From assembly GCA_964016885.1 (NCBI GenBank), contig OZ024740.1, positions 428,792,001-428,856,000 of the forward strand: a stretch of DNA of 64,000 nt, written 5' to 3'. Both the position numbers and the translations under genes were made by a program. Shown in pieces: positions 1-12,352 of the stretch (within the stretch, counting starts at the first letter, position 1; each line of letters opens with the position of its first letter). Under the pieces are notes generated by a model. That model saw only the letters and a list, made by a program, of their open reading frames with translations, did not search any database and was not told the DNA's origin. The DNA is from Eledone cirrhosa (taxonomy: Eukaryota).

Positions 1-985
1 GCCGTTCTCGTCGCTAACACTCTGGCTACGTCTCCGCTCCTAATCGCCTCTTCTAGTTTATCTGTTAACTCCCTTTCCCTCCTATTTCTATTCGCCGCTT
101 GTTCCTTACTGTAACCTATCGAACTTACTCTAATCTCTCTCTTTAGAGATATCCACCACCTACTGTTGACGATCGCTCCCGTCAACCGCATCTTAACTAA
201 GCTACTAATCCGGTTTCTGTAATCTTTCTTTGTCGGTAAGGACAAGTTCATCTTCCAGTAACCGGGACCCTGTCTATGCGTTCTATCAAGGTTGACCACG
301 CAGGTCACTAAATTGTGATCTGAATAGCCAACCATGATCAGTTCTGGACAACTAAATACGTCCCTATCCTTACTCCTAACCAAAAACCTATCTAGGTACG
401 ATCTAGATTGTCCACTGCGGTTTGCCCAGGTCCAGGTTGGCGCAGTTGGACAATCTAGTCGAAATCTATCGACCAGGTCGAATCGATCGAGTAACCCCTT
501 GAGGCTGCTACACCCCCCTCTATCGGGACATGCCCCTGCATAGTCCCAACGCGCATCTAGGATTCCATTCCAGTCCCCCACTAAAAGCAGGGAACGCGAC
601 GTTCCTAGAAAAGTCTCCAGACGCTGGAAGAAGTCGGCTCTTTCCGCCCCGAAGGGAGCATAAAGACCGACCAGTCTGAAAGCCCCGCCTTCACCGCCTC
701 CGACGTCCAGCACCAGTAATCGACCCCCCGGGTCCGAGTGAACAATCTGTACGTCGAGAGTCAGACGTTTATCCAGCAGTACGGCAACTCCCCCCCGCCT
801 CCGGGTTGACAGAGAGATGCGTGCATCTCAAAGTCATCGAAGGCGGGCGCCAGCTGTCTCACGCTGCTGATCCGACTCTCGCAAACAACCATCACATCTA
901 TACTTTGTGACCTGAGGTCACTTAGAAGCTTTGCTTGCTTCCAAGCTGAGCCCAGGCCACGCGCGTTCAAACAGCCAACTCTCAA
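1..985 (-). pseudogene. ORF2 N-terminal APE endonuclease domain (frameshift at a G-run near 790; truncated by window edge)
   Basis: Motifs GCLNARGL, VCES, GGVAVL, LYAP, GDWN, WTW, SYLDRFL, YSDH and GYWKMN typical of L1/Tx1 endonucleases. Confidence 0.9.
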
Positions 986-990
986 TTGAT

Positions 991-2817
991 CTATTTTGGT
1001 GTTGAAAGTGAAGAAAGAAAAGCACTTACCTCTCCGGGTTGCGTAATTTCCATGGCATCAGGTGTGTTGGGTGGAGGGATGTTTTGTGGTGGTGTGGGGG
1101 TACACGTGTGTGGTGGGGTTGGGGTATTTGGAGTTGTGTCAGGGAGAGGGGCGGTTATGGGAAAATCTTTCAAGAGGACGCGATTCAACGGTTTTAAACA
1201 GGGGGGGCTCACCTCCCGTCTAAATTGTTCTTTTAAGGAACGATAAAGGTCCAGAAGGACCTTTATCATTTTTAAATGGGTGAAGTTCTCTGTTGAGATA
1301 AAGTTTGGCCCTTCGGTCTGCACCATAGGGTTATTGTTTATTAATTTAACCAGTTTTTTGTTTTCTTTATTTATATATGTGTATTGCAACGTCTTTTTTT
1401 GTGATGCTGTCAATGTTTCGGAGAGGGGAGGCGCAGATTTATTTTTGTTTGTTGAGGGTGGGGTGTTTTTGATTGGAGTTGGTGTTTGTGTGTGGGTTAT
1501 TTGTGGTGTGCTGGGTGTGTGTTTTCTTTTTTTTCTTTTAACTTGTCTGAAGGCTTCTCCTCCTTCTTCTTCAGAAGTTGGGGGAAACTCTTCAGCGCTA
1601 GGTGGGAGGGACGTGTTGTGTGGTTGTTTTTTTTTCGCGGGAGGGGTAGATTTGTTACTGTTTTTTTTATTATTTGTTTGGAATGGGTTTTGTGGTGGTG
1701 GTGGTAATGTTTGTGTCGTGCTTGTGGTTGGTGATGGTGGTGTTTGTGTTGTGGTTGGTGGTGGTGATTTTTGTGTCGTGCTTGTGTTTGGTGCTGGTGG
1801 TGGTGATGTTTGTGTTGTGTTTGTGGTTGGTGGTGTCTGTATTTTGTTTGCTGTGTGTGGTATTAGTGTATTTTTGGAGGTGGGTGGTGTTGGTGTACTG
1901 TTTGTGGTGGGTGTTGGCAATAGTCCTTTTTTGGGGATACGTTTCGGGCAGTTAGCCTTAACGTGTCCCCTTTCCATGCATAAATAGCATGCTGGTCTTC
2001 TCCCCTCTACAATTATGTCTATTGGGGTAAGGTCATCCAGCCAGATGCGATCCGGGATTTGTGCTATTCTTTCGGGCCTCATTTGGACTAGTATGTCGAG
2101 GCCCATTCCCAGGAACGCATCTCCAGTTGCCTTCCCCATTGACAGCATTGTGTCTTCGCCCATATCAATGAAGCCAGCAATAGCCCACCAGAAGTCCATT
2201 GTGGGCAGCATTGTTTTTACTTTTACTCTCTGTGTTCTTCTACCCATGTAGGAGGGATAGAAGCTATATGTTGTCGATGAGAGTGGGCTTAGGGAAAGCT
2301 TCTCCGCCGTTTCCTTGTCTCTTGTTAGGACCGAAATGCTGCCATAGAGTCGGTCCTTTCGTATGAAGAGAATATTCTTCATATAGTCTTTTAGGACTAA
2401 CTCTATTTCCATTTGGCTGGGCTGTGCTGGCTTTCTTGTCTGGTTCAGTATAGTTCTGTAGAGAACTGTGTTTTCTGCTCTGGCTTTCTTGAATTCTGGG
2501 GGGGAGTTAATGGAAAACATTCCGTTCTCCCCCAAAACAATGTGTTTCTTTGCTTCGGCCAGTTTTTCTCTGGCGGCAGTTAGGTCAATTGGTGTGTATG
2601 TAATGGATTGTTTTGTTTTCTGGGCGAAAGTTGCCCTGTTGTTATTTGTATTATTTTCTGTTTGTTTGTTTTCTGTTTGCTCATTTTCCTTAACATTTGT
2701 TTTTTCATTTTCTTTGTTTGTTTCATTGTCTAATTTTGTTGTAATTATTTTTTGTTCTTCAGACTTGGGGGGCGTGGCAGAGCTAATGGCAGACATGTCT
2801 GCCATCTTTTCCGCCAT
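991..2817 (-). CDS. ORF1p (gag-like nucleic-acid-binding protein with CCHC zinc knuckle and Pro/Thr-rich tail)
   Basis: Uninterrupted ORF, first ATG at 2817 (MAEKMADMS). Contains CYLCMERGHVKANC (CX2CX4HX4C). Lies immediately upstream of the APE ORF2. Confidence 0.85.
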   Translation of the reverse strand: MAEKMADMSAISSATPPKSEEQKIITTKLDNETNKENEKTNVKENEQTENKQTENNTNNNRATFAQKTKQSITYTPIDLTAAREKLAEAKKHIVLGENGMFSINSPPEFKKARAENTVLYRTILNQTRKPAQPSQMEIELVLKDYMKNILFIRKDRLYGSISVLTRDKETAEKLSLSPLSSTTYSFYPSYMGRRTQRVKVKTMLPTMDFWWAIAGFIDMGEDTMLSMGKATGDAFLGMGLDILVQMRPERIAQIPDRIWLDDLTPIDIIVEGRRPACYLCMERGHVKANCPKRIPKKGLLPTPTTNSTPTPPTSKNTLIPHTANKIQTPPTTNTTQTSPPPAPNTSTTQKSPPPTTTQTPPSPTTSTTQTLPPPPQNPFQTNNKKNSNKSTPPAKKKQPHNTSLPPSAEEFPPTSEEEGGEAFRQVKRKKRKHTPSTPQITHTQTPTPIKNTPPSTNKNKSAPPLSETLTASQKKTLQYTYINKENKKLVKLINNNPMVQTEGPNFISTENFTHLKMIKVLLDLYRSLKEQFRREVSPPCLKPLNRVLLKDFPITAPLPDTTPNTPTPPHTCTPTPPQNIPPPNTPDAMEITQPGEVSAFLSSLSTPK

Positions 2818-3253
2818 GCTGCCAAGAAAGAAATTTTTCGGCAAAAATAGATATTTATTTTACCCCCTAAAAAGGGGGTAAATGCAAAAATGTTTCCCTA
2901 AATAACAGGGGTTAGTGTTCCAAATGTGTTGCACTAAAAAATTTATCCGGTACTTACAATAGTAAGGGTAAATCCCGATGGAATAGCGGAGCCGATGCGA
3001 AGCGTGTCTTACTCTATCAAGATAGATAGATAGATAGATAGAATATAGCAATAGAGTTGTCCACCAAAAATATTAGGTTTATTTCTGTGAGAATATAGTC
3101 ACTCTAAAAATAAAAGATTTTCTTTACCATGATAAAGTAATCATATTTATTAAACGACCACAACTTTAAACAATATATTAGCACGGGTTCAGTCCATCGT
3201 CTGTTTCTTTTCCACAATCTTCTACCATATTGAATCATTCATTACTCAATCAG

Positions 3254-3352
3254 CAGATTTAACAGCGAATATAGCGATGCGGCTGCTAAATTCCACAGAT
3301 ACTTCAGAGATGTCTTCACAAGATTCAGACATTTAAAAGAAACCTTTTCCAC
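3254..3352 (+). CDS. Candidate internal exon of an unknown gene (RFNSEYSDAAAKFHRYFRDVFTRFRHLKETFS)
   Basis: CAG acceptor and GTAAAT donor, 99 nt, open in phase 2-2, unique sequence. An alternative frame is also open for most of its length, so the call is weak. Confidence 0.2.
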
Positions 3353-3774
3353 GTAAATCAGACAAAGAAAGAAAAGAAAAAAAAGAAAAAAGAAGTTAGT
3401 CGGATATGAAGCGAATGACATTTTGTTTATAACAGAAGGCTGACTTTAATACTTAATGAAGGCCAAGTGTTTATCATTCCAAACTGATAGAAGAAATTCA
3501 ATACTCCGCTGCCACAGGATAAGCAAAATAATTTCGGCTGCCGTAAAAGTCAGATGATGGTATCAAGAAAGCAAAATGGCACATAAATTATGGTGAAAAG
3601 ATTGAGGTGAAAAAATAGATGTGTGCTTAATGTTTGTGTGAGTATCTTTGTGACGAGATAAGGTATAATGTAGTGTGTATTATGCATGAAAATATGCATG
3701 TAAACATAAAATACGCAACACACACACTATATATACATATAATAGGTACGTACACACACACACGTGCACAGATA

Positions 3775-3860
<86 letters not shown>

Positions 3861-4131
3861 TGTACTTGCGTGCATACATATATACTTATCGACAGTATAT
3901 GTGTGTGTATGTAAACATATATGGTTGTGTATGTATATTAACTAACAATAGCTTTAGCATTTAAACCGGCCATATCTGGCCAGCATTCACTCACCCTTTT
4001 GTTCAAACCTGCTGTAACTGGCTGCTTATACTTATGTTAAGGTATTGTTTTCAAAATAAATATCAAAATCTCATAGATTCGATATTATGTGAGATATTAT
4101 GTGAGGTAAAGCCTTTATCATGAAAATATAA

Positions 4132-6885
4132 AAACATGTAGTGATTGAGACAATGAGAGGTAGCCTATAGCTGACCACATGTTCTCATGTAGTGATTGAG
4201 ACAATGGAGGGTAGCCTATAGCTGATCACATGTCCTCATGTATTGTTTGAGACAATGAGAGGTAGTCTATAGCTGACCACATGTTCTCATGTATTGTTTG
4301 AGGCAATGAGAGGTAGCCTATAACTGACCACATGTCCTCATGTAGTGATTGAGACAATGAGAGGTAGCCTATAGCTGACCACATGTTCTCATGTATGGTT
4401 TGAGACAATGAGAGGTAGCCTATAGCTGACCATATGTTCTCATGTATGTATTGAGACAATGAGAGGTAGCATATAACTGACCACATGTTCTCATGTATTG
4501 TTTGAGACAATGAGAGGTATCCTATAGCTGGCCACATGTCCTCATGTATTGTTTGAGACAATGAGAGGTATCCTATAGCTGACCACATGTTCTCATGTAG
4601 TGATTGAGACAATGAGAGGTAGCCTATAGCTGACCACATGTCCTCATGTATTGTTTGAGACAATGAGAGGTATCCTATAGCTGGCCACATGTCCTCATGT
4701 ATTGTTTGAGACAATGAGAGGTATCCTATAGCTGACCACATGTTCTCATGTAGTGATTGAGACAATGAGAGGTAGCCTATAGCTGACCACATGTCCTCAT
4801 GTATGGTTTGAGACAATGAGAGGTAGCCTATAACTGACCACATGTTCTCATGTATTGTTTGAGACAATAAGAGGTAGCCTATAACTGACCACATGCTCTC
4901 ATGTAGTGATTGAGACAATAAGAGGTAGCCTATAGCTGACCACATGTTCTCATGTATGTATTGAGACAATGAGAGGTAGCATATAACTGACCACATGTTC
5001 TCATGTATTGTTTGAGACAATAAGAGGTAGCCTATAACTGACCACATGCTCTCATGTAGTGATTGAGACAATAAGAGGTAGCCTATAGCTGACCACATGT
5101 CCTCATGTGATTGAGACAATGAGAGGTAGCCTATAGCCGACCACATGTTCTCATGTATTGTTTGAGACAATGAGAGGTAGCCTATAACTGACCACATGTT
5201 CTCATGTAGTGATTGAGATAATAAGAGGTAGCCTATAGCTGACCAAATGTTCTCATGTGGTGATTGAGACAATGAGAGGTAGCCTATATCTGACCACATG
5301 TCCTCATATATTGTTTGAGACAATGAGAGGTGGCCTATAACTGACCACATGTTCTCATGTAGTGATTGAGATAATAAGAGGTAGCCTATAGCTGACCAAA
5401 TGTTCTCAAGTAGTGATTGAGACAATGAGAGGTAGCCTATAGCTGACGACATGTTCTCCTGTAGTGATTGAGACAATGAGAGGTAGCCTATAGCTGATCA
5501 CATGTTCTCATGTAGTGATTGAGACAATGAGAGGTGGCCTATAACTGACCACATGCTCTCATGTAGTGATTGAGACAATGAGAGGTTGCCTATAGCTGAC
5601 CACATGTCCTTATGTATTGTTTGAGACAATGAGAGGTGGCCTATAGCTGACCTCATGTTCTCATGTATTGTTTGAGACAATGAGAGGTGGCATATAGCTG
5701 ACCACATGTTCTCATGTAGTGATTGAGACAGTAAGTGTAGCCTATAGCTGACCACATGTTCTCATGTAGTGATTGAGACAATGAGAGGTAGCCTATAGCT
5801 GACCACATGCTCTCATGTAGTGATTGAGACAATGAGAGGTAGCCTATAGCTGACCACATGCTCTCATGTAGTGATTGAGACAATGAGAGGTAGCCTATAG
5901 CCGACCACATGTCCTCATGTATTGTTTGAGACAATGAGAGGTAGCCTATAGCTGACCACATGTTCTCATGTATTGTTTGAGACAATGAGAGGTAGTCTAT
6001 AGCTGACCACATGTTCTCATGTATTGTTTGAGACAATGAGAGGTAGTCTATAGCTGACCACATGTCCTCATGTATTGTTTGAGACAATGAGAGGTAGTCT
6101 ATAGCTGACCACATGTTCTCATGTAGTGATATAGACAATGAGAGGTAGCCTATAGCTGACCACATGTCCTCATGTATTGTTTGAGACAATGAGAGGTTGC
6201 CTATAGCTGACCATATGTCCTCATGTAGTGATTGGGACAATGAGAGGTTGCCTATAGCTGACCATATGTCCTCATGTAGTGATTGAGACAATGAGAGGTG
6301 GCCTATAGCTGACCATATATCCTCATGTAGTGATTGAGACAATGATAGGTAGCCTATAGTTGACCACATGTCCTCATGTAGTGATTGAGACAATGAGAGG
6401 TAGCCTATAGCTGACCTCATGTTCTCATGTAGTGATTGAGACAATGAGAGGTGGCCTATAGCTGACCATATATCCTCATGTAGTGATTGAGACGATGAGA
6501 GGTGGCCTATAGCTGACCATATATCCTCATGTAGTGATTGAGACAATGAGAGGTAGCCTATAGTTGACCACATGTCCTCATGTAGTGATTGAGACAATGA
6601 GAGGTAGCCTATAGTTGACCACATGTCCTCATGTAGTGATTGAGACAATGAGAGGTAGCCTATAGTTGACCACATGTCCTCGTGTAGTGATTGAGACAAT
6701 GAGAGGTAGCCTATAGTTGACCATATGTCCTCATGTAGTGATTGAGACAATGAGAGGTAGCTTATAGTTGACCACATGTTCTCATGTATGGTTTGAGACA
6801 ATGAGAGGTAGCGTATAGCTGACCACATGTTCTCATGTATTGTTTGAGACAATGAGAGGTGGCATATAACTGACCACATGTTCTG
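4132..6885. repeat. 51-bp minisatellite, ~54 copies
   Basis: Unit GAGACAATGAGAGGTAGCCTATAGCTGACCACATGTTCTCATGTAGTGATT with recurrent variants. Confidence 0.97.
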
Positions 6886-6914
6886 ATAAAACATATTCGG
6901 GGAAACACACATTG

Positions 6915-7290
6915 CCTAATGTAAAGTCTGTGAAGGAGCGATGGTCACGACTGAATCGCCTTTGATTGTAAGATTGCTAAACAACTCCGTCGTCTGGGAT
7001 GCCACTTGCAGCGACACTTTCTTCAGCCGCAACCTGGTGCAGTCTGCGACTAACCCAGGTTCTGCTGTGCGTCGGGGTGAGGGGGCCAAATTCTTCAAAT
7101 ACCGGTGGTTCTCCGACAGGTTTGCGGTTGTATACTTGACAGTAGAGACTTCTGGTGCCCTCGGCCTTAGGGCTACCTCTCTACTCACCACCATTGGCTG
7201 CTGAGCTGGCCAGCCGCAGGTGTGAGCCTCCGAGGAAACACCTTCTCTCTTCTGTCCGCCGGGGCTGTGGGGAGGTCATCAATATGATTG
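6915..7290 (+). mobile_element. Degenerate 3' end of a CRE-clade-like non-LTR element (restriction-like endonuclease region)
   Basis: Translation SVVWDATCSDTF...AKFFKY...VYLTVETSGALG resembles the LVWDATCxDT...KxxKY...PxAVETxGxxG RLE signature. Confidence 0.7.
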
Positions 7291-7404
7291 ACTGACTTGA
7301 CATAGAGTAGAAACAGAAGACTTCTAAATATATTTGTTTGTAAGCTCGTTAAGCTTCATATAACGAAGATACTTTCAGATTCTTTCATATATTATTTAGA
7401 ATAG

Positions 7405-7518
7405 GTCAAATCTGGCCGAGGTTAACTTTGCATTTCATCCTTACGGGGTCGATAAAATAAAGTACCAGTAATACACTGGGTATTTGCTGGCCTTGTGCCA
7501 AAAGTAAAAACAATTATT
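7405..7518 (+). mobile_element. SINE family B, 5'-truncated copy
   Basis: Contains the TTTCATCCTTACGGGGTCGATAAAATAAAGTACCAG core shared with other copies. Confidence 0.8.
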
Positions 7519-7626
7519 TAGAATAATATGATTCCTAGATCCATCTACGTTTCAAGACCTCCGCTATCTTATCTTTTGAATGTTTTGTTGTTTTCTTAAT
7601 GTTTATTATTGGCGCTACTTTGTTGA

Positions 7627-7878
7627 GGGCGGTGGATATTGGCAGTATCGATAGAGTGGTGGACACCAATCTATTTGGCATATAGTTACGACTCTTTACC
7701 TTCTGAGTTCAAATCCCGCCGAGGTTAGATGCCTTTCTTCCTTACTGGGTCGACAAAATTATATTCAAATAACGATCTGGGTGTTGATAAAATTAAATAT
7801 TAGTAATGTTCTGGGGTAGATTCAATCAACTTTCCCTTCCCCCAAATTATTGACTATGTGCCTAAATCAGAAACCATT
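7627..7878 (+). mobile_element. tRNA-derived SINE family B
   Basis: A-box-like TGGCAGTATCGATAG, B-box GAGTTCAAATCCC and shared core. About 10 copies in the window. Confidence 0.85.
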
Positions 7879-7900
7879 ATTACCATTTCTTTTAATGTAG

Positions 7901-7981
7901 GTGTAAATCAGAGAAACCTTTCCATGTGTTACCAGTTGTTAATATTGAGACCGCTGACGTAAGGTTACTTTCAGCAATGAG
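7901..7981 (+). CDS. Candidate internal exon of an unknown gene (CKSEKPFHVLPVVNIETADVRLLSAM)
   Basis: TTTCTTTTAATGTAG acceptor and AG|GTATGG donor, 81 nt, open in phase 2-2. Confidence 0.35.
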
Positions 7982-8380
7982 GTATGGTGTTTGCATTGTA
8001 GCTAGGGTCTATTACTTTTGTGTTAAGTTCTACTTTATATATCGCTAGATTCCATAACCAAGTTTGTTTTGGTGTGAAGGAGTGTATGTAAGTTTAGTAA
8101 ATTGGTGATGGCATATTTAATACAAGAGAAAGTATTTTAAAAAGCCAAACAGAAATAATCAGGCATTGAAGAAAAAATATATTAGTTGATGGCTAACATG
8201 CATTTCTTACGACTAGTAAGGAGGACAACTCGGGAAATATTTTGTTCTACTATAACCTCATTAGAGAAGCATTGACATAGTCGTACTTACTGAATTCCTG
8301 ATAAAAGGATCACAAAATAAATGTGGAATGGCATATTAGAAAATATTCGGAGATTGTATTTTGAATGGAGCTAGACATGA

Positions 8381-8655
8381 GGCGCATGGCCTAGTGGTGA
8401 GGGTGTTGGTCTTACAATCATAACACCGTAGGTTCGATTCTTGGACTTGTTTGTGTGTTGTGTTCTTGAAAAAGTTACTTCATTTCACGTTGCTCTTGTA
8501 TACTCATCTGAAAATGAGTACCAGCAATAGCTGGGAGTTTAGCTCTGTGATGAGCTGGCCTTCTGTCCAGGGAGGAGTCTTGTACTCTCAGTCACTTAAA
8601 GTCACGAAAACCAGGATAGGCACCGACCAGATGAACCACTGAGCTCGCGACAGAC
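8381..8655 (+). mobile_element. tRNA-derived SINE family A (CORE-like central domain)
   Basis: A box TGGCCTAGTGG, B box GGTTCGATTC, then TTCTTGA..TTTCACGTTGCTC shared with 18106, 20583, 50515 and 55842. Confidence 0.8.
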
Positions 8656-9380
8656 TTTAGACTTTTTAGACACGAACACATAAAAGCCGTCTGTTGTTTT
8701 TGTTGTTGTTTTTTGTTCTATTTTTCAGGGAGTGTGTATCAAATATAGTCTTTTTCTTTTTAAGATGGTAGCGTTTGATATGAGCGAGATTTGACTGCTA
8801 TTTCCGATATTATTGTTTTAGGTATAAACCGATGTACTATATAATACTTCCTTATCAGTTGATAAGACGGATGAGACAAAGATAAATTATTTAAAACAGT
8901 AACGTATTCTTTTACATAATTGTTATGATTAATGTTATGGAGTTAGTTGTTTAATAGGTTGCCAGTTAGCACATACTTTGGTTCAAAAGAGATAACAAGT
9001 GTGTTTATATTTTTAGCTGCAACCGGTAACGAGGCATTTTAAAATGTCCGTAAGTAACCGAATGACCAAGTCCAGCGATTGGTCACTGAGGGAGTTTTTA
9101 TTAGTCGAAATGTGCTTGTTTGGATAATGGAGCATTGTAGTAGATACAACCACGTAATCCACTAGATAGATGACGCTACGATCACAAATTTGCTGTGATG
9201 ACTGGCTCAGACGAAAATATTAATTTCTAATATCATTAGTTGTGTGCAACACAGCTGTACGTAATTACCTTGTCACCACTGGCTAAAGAGGTAACTTGGT
9301 CATTATCATCTCATCATATCCACGATATTCTAGATTTTCTATTTCTACCGAGGCTTTCCTATATATATATCTCCTATATA

Positions 9381-9490
9381 TAATTGTTTCTACTTTTTGG
9401 CACAAGTCCAGCAAATACCCAGTACATTACTGGTACTTTATTTTATCGACCCCGTAAGGATGAAAGGCAAAGTCAACCTCGGCGGGATTG
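9381..9490 (-). mobile_element. SINE family B, partial
   Basis: Reverse complement of the shared core. Confidence 0.8.
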
Positions 9491-9821
9491 GGTATAATAC
9501 CAGTTTATTGCCAAACGTGAAGAAGCTCGAAGGGTACAGAGTATTGGGATTTTTTTTACATTATAAATATATAGTGGTGGTGGAATTGGGGGTGAGCAGC
9601 CGGGCCATAACCCCCACCCCCCAATAATTATAGTTTACTCCCCAAACTACCAAACCACACATCTATTTGGATATGTGCTACAATTTATGTACATTATATT
9701 TATCACATATTGAAGTTTTCTCACCATTTTAGAGTGCAAACAGCTAAACTAATCACCACAACTAAATTGACTAAATTGTTACCCCCCTCCCCCCAGCACT
9801 CCCGATTCAGAAATCTCCTGA

Positions 9822-10940
9822 CTTTATTATATACACACTATATACTTTATTATATATATAGTATATACTTCATTATATAGACACTATATACTTTATTGTA
9901 TATACTGTATATACTTTATTATATAACACTATATACTTTATTATATATACATAATATACTTTATTATATACACAGTATATACTTTATTATATACACAATA
10001 TATACTTTATTATATACACAATATATACTTTATTATATATACAGTATATACTTTATTATATACACACTATATACTTTATTATATACACAGTATATACTTT
10101 ATTATATACACAATATATACTTTATTATATACACAATATTTACTTTATTATATACACAATATATACTTTATTATATACACAATATATACTTTATTATATA
10201 TACAATATATACTTTATTATATACACAGTATATACTTTATTGTGTATACAATATATACTTTATTATATACACTTTATTGTATATAAAATATATACTTTAT
10301 TATATACACAATATATACTTTATTATATACACACTATATATACTTTATTATATACATAGTATATACTTTATTATATACTTTATTATATACACAATATATA
10401 CTTTATTATATACACACAATTAACTTTATTATATACACAGTATATACTTTATTATATACACACTATATACTTTATTATATACACAGTATATACTTTATTA
10501 TATACACACAATATATACTTTATTATATACACAATATATACTTTATTACATACACACAATATATACTTTATTATATACACACTATATACTTTATTATATA
10601 CACAGTATATACTTTATTATATACACGCAATATATACTTTATTACATACACACAATATATACTTTATTATATACACAGTATATACTTTATTATATACACA
10701 ATATATACTTTATTATATACACACAATATATACTTTATTATATACACAATATATACTTTATTATATACACAGTATATACTTTATTATATACACACAATAT
10801 ATTCTTTATTATATACACAATATATACTTTATTATATACACAGTATATACTTTATTATATACACACAATATATTCTTTATTATATACACAGTATATACTT
10901 TATTATATACACGCAATATTTACTTCATTGTATACTCTCA
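9822..10940. repeat. AT-rich ~25-bp minisatellite (ATATACTTTATTATATACACAAT variants)
   Basis: Direct tandem repetition over ~1.1 kb. Confidence 0.95.
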
Positions 10941-10949
10941 TTATTTACG

Positions 10950-11240
10950 GATTGGCAGTATCGGTAGAGGGTCAAACACCATGCTTTCAGGCATCGAGTT
11001 ACGTCCCTTTACGGTCTGAGTTCAAATCCCGCCGAGTTTAACTTTACCGTTCATCTTTACGGAGTCGATAAAATAAAGTACCAGTTGTAATGTACTGGGG
11101 TAATTGCTGGCCTTGTGCCAAAATTAGAAACAATTATTACGAGTTCGATAAATAAAGGATCAGTAATGCACTGGGGTCGATTTAATCGACTTTCCCCTCC
11201 TCTAAAATTATTGACCCTGTACCTAAATCAGAAATCATTA
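10950..11240 (+). mobile_element. SINE family B with duplicated 3' part
   Basis: A and B boxes plus core; second GATAAA...CAGTAATG block at ~11145-11240. Confidence 0.85.
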
Positions 11241-11253
11241 ATTTTATAGAATA

Positions 11254-12114
11254 CTCGCAGTGGTACCCGGTGTTGCACGGCATATGGTGTTTTGGAAGGC
11301 GGGCCGCCAACAGACCTAATCGGGGGAAACACTGCATGCCTGGACAATATGTAAAGAAAATAAACCGAATACTCTGATGGCTGGATAACCTTTAAGATTT
11401 TCCTCGATGAAGCAGGAAAAATACAGGTTTTCACCTAATACGGGCCCTGGAGGATCAAGAAAATGATTTTTTTTTATGTGCATAATATGCCTTCAAATTT
11501 CGGGAAAAATCGGCTGGACGTAATGCCTCCAAAAAGCCCCCAAAAGCTGAAAAATGAAGAGACTGACTAATACATAGTTACAATTTCAAGGAAATCGGTC
11601 TGACGTAACGCCTCAAAAAACTCCTAAAAAGCTTTTAAAATGCAGTTTTTCACCTAATACGGGCCCTAGGAGATTACAAAGTTGATTTTTTTTAATGTGC
11701 ATAACACTCCCTGAAACATAAGTAATACACATGTAAAGTTTGAAAAACGTCAGTTGGGTACTTCTCGAGTTTTAGGGATTCAAACTCACAGACACACACA
11801 CACAGACAGACATCCTCAGGAAGTGACGTAATGCAGACAGCCAGACATACAGCCAGATATTATAAGGGCACGACGTTATATGTATGTATCTTTCTAAAAA
11901 GAGAAAGACTAAGAATTATGGAGAGAGATCGCTAAATCGCCTAATGTGGTCCCTAGAGCATTGAAAATTTGAAATTTGTTTTGCTCAGAACACTCCCTGA
12001 AACATAAGTATTACATGTGTAAAGTTTGAAAACAATCGGTTGGGTGGTTCTCGAGTTTTAGGGATTCAAACTCACACACACACAGACAGACATCCTCACT
12101 TTTATATATATAGA
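11254..12114 (-). mobile_element. Non-autonomous Helitron-like element, copy 1 (~860 bp)
   Basis: On the minus strand it begins A|TC and ends with hairpin CCGTGCAACACCGG followed by CGAG|T (CTAG in copy 2). Homologous to 46391-47215. Confidence 0.8.
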
Positions 12115-12224
12115 TGCTATTTTATATGCTGTGTCATTAATTAACGTACAGTTGGTAAAGGCCCAGGAATATTTGTTGAAGATCTCTTGGGACCACCACC
12201 ACCATATTTCTCGATAAACTAATA

Positions 12225-12352
12225 CTATGGACAGTCCCGTACTAACGAGACTGTCTATAGTTTCGTACTAACGGGACTGTCCATAGTTTCGTACTAACGG
12301 GTCTGTCCATAGTTTCGTACTAACGGGACTGTCCATAGCTTCGTACTAACGA
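12225..12352. repeat. 26-bp tandem repeat (~4.5 copies) preceded by an inverted arm
   Basis: Unit GTACTAACGGGACTGTCCATAGTTTC, preceded by CTATGGACAGTCCCG. Confidence 0.9.

Larger units (their letters stand above)
1..3020 (-). mobile_element. Tx1/L1-group non-LTR retrotransposon copy 1 (5' UTR, ORF1, start of ORF2; continues past window start)
   Basis: ORF1 with CCHC knuckle, followed by an APE-type ORF2. Near-identical to 22647-25379 in reverse complement. 5' end abuts (GATA)n at 3021-3041. Confidence 0.92.

Noticed and set aside
1280-1987. 235-aa antisense ORF (and its 241-aa twin at 23682-24407)
   Set aside because: It is the shadow of the A/C-rich low-complexity ORF1 tail. Its conservation only reflects near-identity of the copies.
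4226-6912. 416-aa and 419-aa ORFs of 17-aa repeats (MWSAIGYLSLSQSLHEN)
   Set aside because: The 51-bp unit is a multiple of 3 and stop-free by chance. Variants are mostly non-synonymous, with in-array stops and a frameshift near 5730.
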